Origin: Eledone cirrhosa
Taxonomy: Eukaryota
Direction: 5' to 3'
NCBI GenBank assembly: GCA_964016885.1
Contig: OZ024740.1
Location: forward strand, 161,944,001 to 162,008,000
Length of the DNA stretch: 64,000 bases
Position 1 is the stretch's first letter. Every line of letters starts with the position of its first letter. Positions 54,909 through 64,000 of this stretch are shown here, piece by piece. Below the pieces are notes generated by a model that saw only the letters and a program-made list of their open reading frames with translations, searched no databases and was not told the DNA's origin. Both the position numbers and the translations under genes were made by a program.

Positions 54909-55985
54909 CATCATCATCATCACCGTTTTACGTCCGTTCTTCCATGCTAGCATGGGTTAGACGGGTTGTCCTGTTGTGGGCAGTGTCTGGTCGGCTGACC
55001 ATGCCTTGCTCATACAGGAACTGATTTTGCTTGATTTCTACAGCTGGATGCCCTTCCTAACACCAACCTCATTTACAGTGAGTGCTGGGTGCTTTTTCGT
55101 GGCGCCTACACGTCCACTTTACAGTGTGGGCTGGGTGCTTTTTTGCCGTGGCACCTCCACGACCACCTTGCGGTGGGGGGTGTGGGGGCATATTGTACCC
55201 ATGGGAGGTCGGGTTCTCTGTATTACTGCGTGACGCCAGAAGTCACGGTCGTGTGTCATTGCCTTTGAGAGGTGTAATTGGGTAAGGTCGGCTTTTATCA
55301 CCTCATCCCAGGTCATATTGGGTCTCCCCACTCCGCGGTTTCCATCAACTTCTAGTGCTCTGCACCTTTTTATGCAGCTGTCATCCTTCATACGCATCAC
55401 ATGTCCATACCAGCGCAACCGCCTCTCCTGCACACAGCATTTGATTCCTCTTATGCTCAGTCTCTCTCTCAATTCATTTATGCTTTGTCGTTCACGTATA
55501 TTACTGTTACACATCCATCGGAGCATGCAGGCTTCGTTTCTCTCTAATCTACGTAAGTCTTCCACCTTCAGCGCCCAGGTCTCACTACCATGCAACATCG
55601 CTGTTCGGATACACGCATCATACAGTCTGCCTTTCATTCTGAGGGAGAAGCCTTTTGCAGCTAGCAGTGGTAGTAGTTCCCTAAACTTCTTCCATCCCGT
55701 TCTTACCCTAGTTATTGTACTTTCTGAACACCCACCTCCGCTGCTAATTCGGTCACCTAGGTAGCAGAAGCTGTCTACTGTTTCTACAGAGCCCTCCCAG
55801 AGATTGGTGGTACTTGTTTCCTGTGGCTGTTTGCTGCTTGCTGTCTCAGCACAACTGCTGCATGTGAAGCCTACATTCTTAATTAAGCTTCCTGTGATCC
55901 CGCTACATCTCTTGTGTACCCATTGTTTGCATTTGGGGCAGAGAATGGAGTTCCTACCTACATCTTTCCTACATACTGAGCATGC
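54909..55985 (-). mobile_element. 5'-truncated young RTE LINE with an open frame, including a PHD-type finger
   Basis: Uninterrupted frame from 55982: CSVC...CPKC...HKRC...CSSC...VDSFCYLGD...GWKKFRELLPLL...GSETW...RRLRWYGHV; (GAT)n tail. Confidence 0.92.
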
Positions 55986-57109
55986 CTTTGACTATAGGTT
56001 GCTCAATCTGAGCTGACTTGGAGCTCCAAGACAAGAAAAGTCACTTTTCCTTTCTGGTTTTCACAGCTACATTGAAGGAAAATTGTCAAGAAGAACATAT
56101 ATACACAGAAATAAGTTTGATAAGAGTCAGAAGAGAGATGAGAGAGCTGCTGTAACCATTTTGCCCTCACATTACTCTATATTTACTATTGTATTTTCAC
56201 AAGATTTTGATATTATTTATTTTGAGAACAAAACCTTAACGTCGTAATGAGCGGCTGGTTACGACCAGTTTGAACAGAAAGAGGTGAGAGAATTCTGGCT
56301 GGATATGGCCAGTTTAAATGCTAAAAGGTTGTCTTATGAAAGAACCTCAGTGCCATATATAATATAAGGCATTAGAGCATCAAATTAAATGTCTTTTTAA
56401 ATACTTAAATATTATCATTACATTTTCAAGATTTTCAACATTTATGCCAGCAAATCAAATATGTTCAAAGGAGTGTAAAGGGTTGGTGAAATTAGCTTCT
56501 AATGACTTTATGGGTGTTTTTGTTTTTTTTTACATCAGCTTAACTCAGCTCAAGCAAACCTATGATCAAATGTGTTTTAGTTGTGGTAATCTCATATTTT
56601 GTTGTTTAGTCATAGGTCAGCTCTGATTGAAAAACCTTTAATCAAAAGCATTCCTGCTATGACCACTCCAACTATTTGTTCAGGTCTTATGCATCTAATA
56701 TTACATCATTTGATATAATGAACTTAGCACCTTTTTAAAGATGGTCGGGTATGACTTCAGGGAAATTTACCTGTTTCTAATAAATCATCATCTCATCTTT
56801 TTTTTCTTTCTGTTATTGGGTGTCTCAGACCAGTGATGCACAACCTGTTCCATACCAAAGTTTTGCTGGTCCACAACATGTTTTATATCTTAATGTGTTG
56901 TGTAATGTAATTAAAAGTAGATTTATATTTGGTAGTTCATGAATTTTCCTCATCAATTTTATAGGCCACTTTACTAAAAAAAAGTTATTGTACCTTAGAC
57001 TACATGATACAATGTGGTTTTTAAAGATAGTAGGACGTGATTTGAGGCAGATAACTCCTTATGTAATTAAGAGAGAGAAAACTGTCAATTTTTGTGGTGT
57101 TACTTAGAC

Positions 57110-57338
57110 TTAACCCTTTAGCATTTGTATTACTCTATATTTACTATTGTATTCTCAGGGTAAAGGCTTCACCTCACATAATTATCTCATATAATATGGA
57201 ATCTATGGGATTTTTATATTATTTATTTTGAGAACAGTACCTTAACTTCAGTATGAGTGGCTGGTTACAGCTGGTTTGAAAAGAAAGAGGTGAGAGAATT
57301 TTGGCTGGATATGGCCGATTTAAATGCTAAAGGGCTAA
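57110..57338 (+). mobile_element. piggyBac-type MITE family C
   Basis: TTAACCCTTTAGCATTT...AAATGCTAAAGGGCTAA. Further partial copies lie near 47170 and 56160. Confidence 0.8.
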
Positions 57339-57353
57339 AAAGGAAAAGATATT

Positions 57354-57584
57354 TTAACCCTTTTGATGCCAAACCTTCTGAAACCAGTTCTGGTTCAATG
57401 ATATAGAGTTGCTTGCTTTAAAAGTATATACATTCACATAAAAGCTTTCCATCATAATTATATGTAAGAATTTTTGGTAAATTATGTACCAAACACCAAC
57501 TTAATAATTGAAAAGTTACTTATATTAGAAAATCTCTCCAAATTTTTGAATATTTTCCAAATAATTTAGTAATGAAAGGGTTAA
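57354..57584 (+). mobile_element. piggyBac-type MITE family D
   Basis: TTAACCCTTTTGATGCC...GTAATGAAAGGGTTAA. Relatives lie near 7800, 26810, 28165, 33405 and 34243. Confidence 0.7.
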
Positions 57585-58550
57585 GCCATGTATCATCTAT
57601 GCTTAAATAGGTTCTATTTTTTTGTCGCTGAAACAAATATATGAAAGCTATATGTGGAAAGAATATATGAATGCTATATGTTGAAAAAACGTTCAACTTA
57701 GATGACTTGAATAAAATTTGTATATAGTTTTTTACATACAGACCAATTAACAAACCCTTATTATACAGAAGATCTAAATTTCAAGAAGAAGAATGAGAAG
57801 TTTCACAATGAACAGTGTTACTGGGTTGGAAAACAGTTGAAGAGAAAAACAGTGAAGTGTAGTAGTAGATGTGTAGTATTTATAATTACAATCAGGAAGC
57901 ATCACCACCAATATTTAGTTCCTATGTACCCAAATTTTTCGAGCAGGGAAAAATTTGGTAGAATGCCAAAATAAAATAACTGGCCTGAAAAATGGAAGAA
58001 AAAGTGGCAGGAAGAATTAAGGAACAACTCTGGCAACTCGTTTAACTGTCTCAGAGAAACTGTTTTTCAAAATTGGCATCTCAGAAGAAAATATGTTACG
58101 CTAATCGGAAAAGATGGTACAAATGAAAAAGGTAATAAAAAATGAAAATTTAAAAAAAAAAACTTTTAAGATGAATTTTTTGTTTGTGTTTTGTTTTATA
58201 TAATTCAAAATTCAAGAATAAACTGAACTGAGATTCTGAATAAGATGATTCATCAGATAAATGGATGTCACATAAACTTTGACACACACATATACACACA
58301 TCTATCTATCTCTATATATATGTATATACACACACATATATATATATGTATATATATATTGTGTTAGGCTTATAAAAAGAGTTAACTGGATTTCCAACTT
58401 CTGAATAAAAATTTTTTATACGACGTAAGACAATCTCTCAATTATCCCCAAATCCAATTAGATATACTCACACACAAATATGCATTCCTTTATCCATAAC
58501 CTGTATCATTGAATCTATTTATCTTTCCATTTCCAAAAACTGGAAATACT

Positions 58551-58717
58551 AATAATTGTTTCTATGTTAGACACAAGGCCAGCAATTACCCAGTGCATTA
58601 CTGGTACTTTATTTTATCGACCCCGTAAGGATGAAAGGCAAAGTTAACCTTGGCGGGATTTGAACTCAGAATGGCAAGGGCCGTAACTCTATACATCAAT
58701 ACTGCCAATCCACCACC
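58551..58717 (-). mobile_element. SINE family A with TSD ATACTAATAAT
   Basis: Similarity to family A plus a duplicated flank. Confidence 0.85.
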
Positions 58718-60980
58718 TATACTAATAATAAAAATAGATAGTATAATTGTTTATTCCAGAAAATTATATTAATCTTTATCAATAGTAAGCTGTAAAATTA
58801 CGTTGTTTGCTAATTGTCCAAATATGCTTCTAAGGAAAAAAATAATCAAAAAGTACTTTTCCATTAATTTCTACATGAAAATATATCTTACTAACTTTAA
58901 CCTTCATTCCAGTGTGCTTACTAGTCATATATATTTTATTGATACTAAATTCTAAGGGCAAAACCGATTGGATGTAAAGAGGACTTACAAATATTATAAG
59001 TACTGCCTTTCCACCAGATTAAAGAAAGGGAAAAGAAATGCTTGCATATACTTCCAATAAACCAATATATATATATTTCACTGGATTACTCACCATTGGG
59101 TTACATTGAGTTCTATCTATGGTACGGACCCTACCACCAGAGGTAGACCACACTGAAAATATATATATGTGCATTATGGCCCACCTGGTTCCTTACCACA
59201 CTTCCTTCGTTATATATATATATAAGCAGCAAAAGCTGATGTTGATGATGAAGCTTTGATTAAGTCTCTTTATACTGAATAGATTGAATTTAATGTTAAT
59301 AATACTTTTAATAATATTAATTTCAATAATATAAAAAAATCTAAATGTAACACTAAGATTAATAACAATATTAATATGTGTGGGTGCATGTGTGTGTATG
59401 TATATATATATATATATGGACGGTCTTATTTCAGCAGTAAAGCTAAAATATTCTCAGATTACATCAAATTACTCCCCAAGTCTTCCTTGGTCTACTGTAG
59501 GTATTATCCAATCCAGCACTATAGTCATAGCCAAAATAATAAATTCATACTATACACATGTGTTGTATTTAAATAGGCATACACAGTTTAGTATAACAAT
59601 TAATAATATTGTTATTTTTTTCAAAATATATATTTTAAAAAATACGGTCCATGTGAAACCAACTAAAATTGTTTTAAACCCCAATTCTATGGGAAATGTT
59701 TAAACTGCACTATCACTGTTAAAAGTGCATTTACATGTGAAAGCAGCTAAATTTGTATTTATTTTAGCCCCAGGTCTGTGAACAGGAAGACGAAATATAT
59801 TTTTGATATATATAATTTAAATGTATGCTACTGACACACACACACACATATATATATACACACACACACGCATGCATATACATACACACACACACATATA
59901 TATATATATATGAAACATGTAAATTTGGAACTAAAACTGATGATGATGATGATGATGATGACTGTTGCTGATAATGAAAACGACAATTTAAGCCATTATC
60001 TTTTAGCACAAACAAATAAACAAACCAACAAAGAATCTTATTAAAAAAAAGAATTTATAGGAAGTAGTTGAAGATGAAAGTCAAAATAAGGCCCCACCAG
60101 CACCACAGGCTGCAGTCTAATGGTAAATCTGAAAACATTATTGTTGACACTGAGTAAAGAGAGAAAAGAAAGAAGAAAAAGAACTAAATCTAAATCATAG
60201 TCATTAACAAAAACAGACAGTTCACCCCAAATTATTGTTAAGTGACACTACTAAGTGTACTAATGGGATAATGAGCAAAGGTGCAGCTTTACATAATTGT
60301 CATCACTTAAGAAATTCATAATACATTCAGTCCAACTAATCAAACAATAGAGGAGGAGTATGATGGTGGAAACACTAAATTATGATGCTTCTATGACTTC
60401 AATAATAAATCTTCACTTTCCCAAATTAATATTTGTTATCTGAAACATTATTGCAGGTCAATGAAGGGAATTTTTATTAACAAAAACACTTTTATCTTCA
60501 CAGTTTTCCAAATTCTTTCTAAAATAAACACAAAGCCAGAAATTTGAAGGAAAGGGTTAGTTGATTGTATTAACCATTGAAAAGGTGAAAAGCAAAGTTC
60601 ACTTCAGCAGAAATTGAACTCACAATGTAGAGAGAAGTAAAAACTAGAGTAAAGCATTTTATCTAAAGCCCTTGTTTCTGTCAATCCAATGTGCTTTACT
60701 AATAGTATATAAATAGTTAAACATTCAATGGATAAAATTTACCCATAAACGCTTGAGTTGAGAGTTTACTCTAGACACTTGTAATGAATGACATTGTCTA
60801 GGATTTTCGAAACTTTTTTAAAGTGAAAAAGAATGTGGAGAGATTTAGTAATATAACTAAATTTTACATATTGTCAGCAATAGAAAAAAACCAATGAAAA
60901 CAGTTTGCCTAGTCCATTCTAATAAAGAGCCATATATAAAATTATGATGGAAGGCTTTCAGATACATATAAACACTTTAA

Positions 60981-61190
60981 CCCTTTAGTGTTCAAACCGG
61001 CCAGAATTCTCTACCTCTTTCTGTTGAAAATGGCTGTAACTGGTCGCTGAAACTGATGTTAAGGTATTGTTCTCAAAATAAATACTTTCAAAATCTCATA
61101 GATTCGATATTATGTGAGATAATTATGTGAAGTAAAGCCTTTACCATGAAAATATAATAGTATATATAAAATAATGTGAATGCTAAAGGG
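60981..61190 (-). mobile_element. MITE family C nested in a family D MITE
   Basis: TTAA at 60977-60980 and 61191-61194. Removing the insert restores AAACACTTTAAAATAAAC as seen at ~20752. Confidence 0.88.
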
Positions 61191-61891
61191 TTAAAATAAA
61201 CAGCTTGAGAACATAGATCCAAGAGTAGAGTCAGACAGTTTGATATCAAATGGGTTAACTGAACATATTCTGTTTCATCAAGATGTTTGGAAACAGGTTT
61301 TAGATCTTTTAAAAATGTATCAATATCAAAATGAAGGAGCTCTTAGAGATTTATTTTTCATCTTCATTTTGAAATTGGAAGCATTGTTAGAGCATCAGGT
61401 TAAATACATTGTGGTATTTAAGTTCAAATCCTACTGAGGTCCACTTTACCTTTCATTCTCTTGGGGGTCAAGAAATATAACACCAGTTTAGTGCAGTGGA
61501 TTGGCAGAATTATTAGAGCAAAACTGATCTCAGCAGACTTTGAACTGTGAATTAGAAAAAATGCAATAAAATTTGTCAACTATTTTAATAATTCTGCCAA
61601 TCACCACACAAAAATATTTAATAATAGTTTCAAACCGAGGTATATTATCTAACAGAGGTTTGATTATCAAATCAACATTGCTACTTCACTGGTATTTTAT
61701 TTTATTCACTCCAGAAAGATAGAAAACGAGTAGAATTTGGTGGAATTTGTATGATACTCAAAACATCCTGACAATTCAACAACTATTTCCAAACTTCTTT
61801 GAAAATCATACACAATGTTTTTACTAGAAATACCATCATAAAAGGAACTAAAGTGATTAATTGTGTATGTATGTATAAATATACACACACA

Positions 61892-61991
61892 CAGGGTGTC
61901 CCACAAAAATATATACATACTTTGATAACATGTACAGGCAATATTTATTAAAATGTTGTTGAAGTGTGTATACATCTTTGGGGACACCCTG
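61892..61991. mobile_element. 100-bp Tc1/mariner-type MITE
   Basis: TIRs of about 30 bp: CAGGGTGTCCCACAAAAATATATACATACTT / AAGTGTGTATACATCTTTGGGGACACCCTG. The TA TSD is not preserved. Confidence 0.7.
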
Positions 61992-62014
61992 CCAGTACAC
62001 ACACACACACACAC

Positions 62015-62071
<57 letters not shown>

Positions 62072-62613
62072 TAACATATATGATTCTGGTCCCAAGTTTT
62101 GTCTATCAATGAATCTTCTTTGAAATCTTTTATTTATATTACTGTGAGTCATCTTCAGCAGTGAATATCATATGATATGTAAGGTCTTGCCATGTTAAGG
62201 CATCATTGTGAGTACTGCAAAAGAATTATCACCTACTGTAATAATCACAGCGAAACAAATAGACCAACCAGATTAATAAACTAGAAAAACAATATAATTG
62301 GAGTAGGCTATTTCTGACTTTGTAAACATTGAATATAACAGATGTTGCACCAGATGGAAATTCTTTTTATAATCTCTACACAAGATATTTCTTTGAGATA
62401 AAAAAAAAGAGGGGGAAAAAAAAAGACCTAAAGTTATAGAAAAAAGATTGGGCTAACATGATTTTGTAATATAACTATACATTTTTGTGCACAGATGCAT
62501 ATACACATGCAAAGATACATAATTTATCTAAAACATATAAATTTTCAAAATACCTTTTTTTTATGGCAATACCCTATATATATATATATACACACATATA
62601 TACAGAGTGAGCA

Positions 62614-62615
<2 letters not shown>

Positions 62616-62699
<84 letters not shown>
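62616..62699. repeat. (GA)n microsatellite
   Basis: Directly visible. Confidence 0.95.
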
Positions 62700-62707
<8 letters not shown>

Positions 62708-63131
62708 CCTGAAAAAGGCTCGCTAAACACACAAGCTGAAACCACTTAGAGTCGCGGTGAGGATTTTTGGTTGCAGCATCTGTCAAGATGTTTTTTTAAT
62801 GGAAGAGGCTCTCACTGTGACATGTTCCTTGATCTGTATGCGTAGCCTCCTTATGGTACTTCCGATATATGAAGAGCTATATTTTTGCATGTGATCTTAT
62901 AGACCACATATGCTCTCATGCCCACTTTTGTGTTGTTGCATATATTGTTAAAAAATGTTTTTAATATAACTTTCTTCTCAATGTGCATGTTATATTTCAA
63001 ACAAAAATATACTACCTTTCTTTCTACATTATCCAAAGAAAATTATGAGAGGTTTAGTTAAATAACCTAACTTTCAGTAATTTAATAGAGATGGTTTCAG
63101 ACAGACTGATGTTTAAATGGTTAATTATATA

Positions 63132-63193
<62 letters not shown>

Positions 63194-64000
63194 TCTACTA
63201 TTGGCACAAGGCCAGCAATTACCCAGTACTTTATTTTATCGACCCCATAAGACAAACAGGCAACTGCATCTTAACCTCATCAGTCACTTTGCCTTTATGC
63301 AATTATGTGCATTAAGGTGGTATTGCACTTGTAATGCCAGTTTGCACCTCAGTTTCGAGAACTGCATGTGAGACGGTATCAAAACAGGACAGGACAGGAA
63401 AATATACTAATATTTTTAAAGGGTATCATATTCTTAATATAGGTTTATTCTAAAGTTCTAGTAAATAGTGTATGAGTGCAAGTGTGTGGTGTGCATGTAT
63501 GTAATAACATGTGGAGTGCTATGTACAACTGAGTAAATAGATAATGATCATTATACATAAGGAAGTGAGCAAAAATGTTTATACATTTTTTTAAAATCAA
63601 GGAAAAGACAAAGAAACTTGCAATGGGCATGAGTGGAATCTATTTAAATTTAGTCTACATATATATTTTATCTCTTAGAAAGATCTAATTAGAAACAAGT
63701 GCAGAAAGATGCTAACTGAAAATGTTTTATTAGGTGGATAGTAGTAGGAAATATACTCCCCCATAAAATCAATTGCAGCACCCCACTAAAAAAGAAATCA
63801 ACACAGAATATAAAGCTATGGAAACATGGATGTAAAACAAGAAACAAAAATTTATTGCTGTAAATATATAAGGGTATTATTTTTAAAGAAGAGTTAATCA
63901 CTCTACCTTAAAATCCTCTCAGTGGATTTTATTTGTTGATACGTTTTTTGTTTTTTTTAATGTAACTAATGTATGCTACAATTTACAAGGTTCATGACAT

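Overview
AT-rich, microsatellite-dense animal genomic DNA. The repeat landscape is consistent with an octopus or other cephalopod; this is an inference. One host coding exon is supportable: about 3.07 kb on the minus strand (15378-18447). It encodes roughly 950 aa of Q/N/H/S/P/M-rich low-complexity sequence followed by a divergent MEIS/PKNOX (MEINOX)-like domain, so it is probably an unusual TALE-class gene whose homeobox exon is not visible here. The rest appears intronic or intergenic. It holds tRNA-derived SINEs, RTE and CR1-like LINE fragments (one carrying a PHD-type finger), TTAA-flanked piggyBac-type MITEs, a Tc1/mariner-type MITE and Helitron-like pieces. The main hidden signal is a dispersed set of minimal type I hammerhead ribozyme motifs: four with intact cores (14269, 14449, 39216, 52271) and about five degenerate. 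Several sit inside or beside inverted repeats, as expected for Penelope-like element (PLE) pseudo-LTR remnants. All alignments and folds were done by eye.
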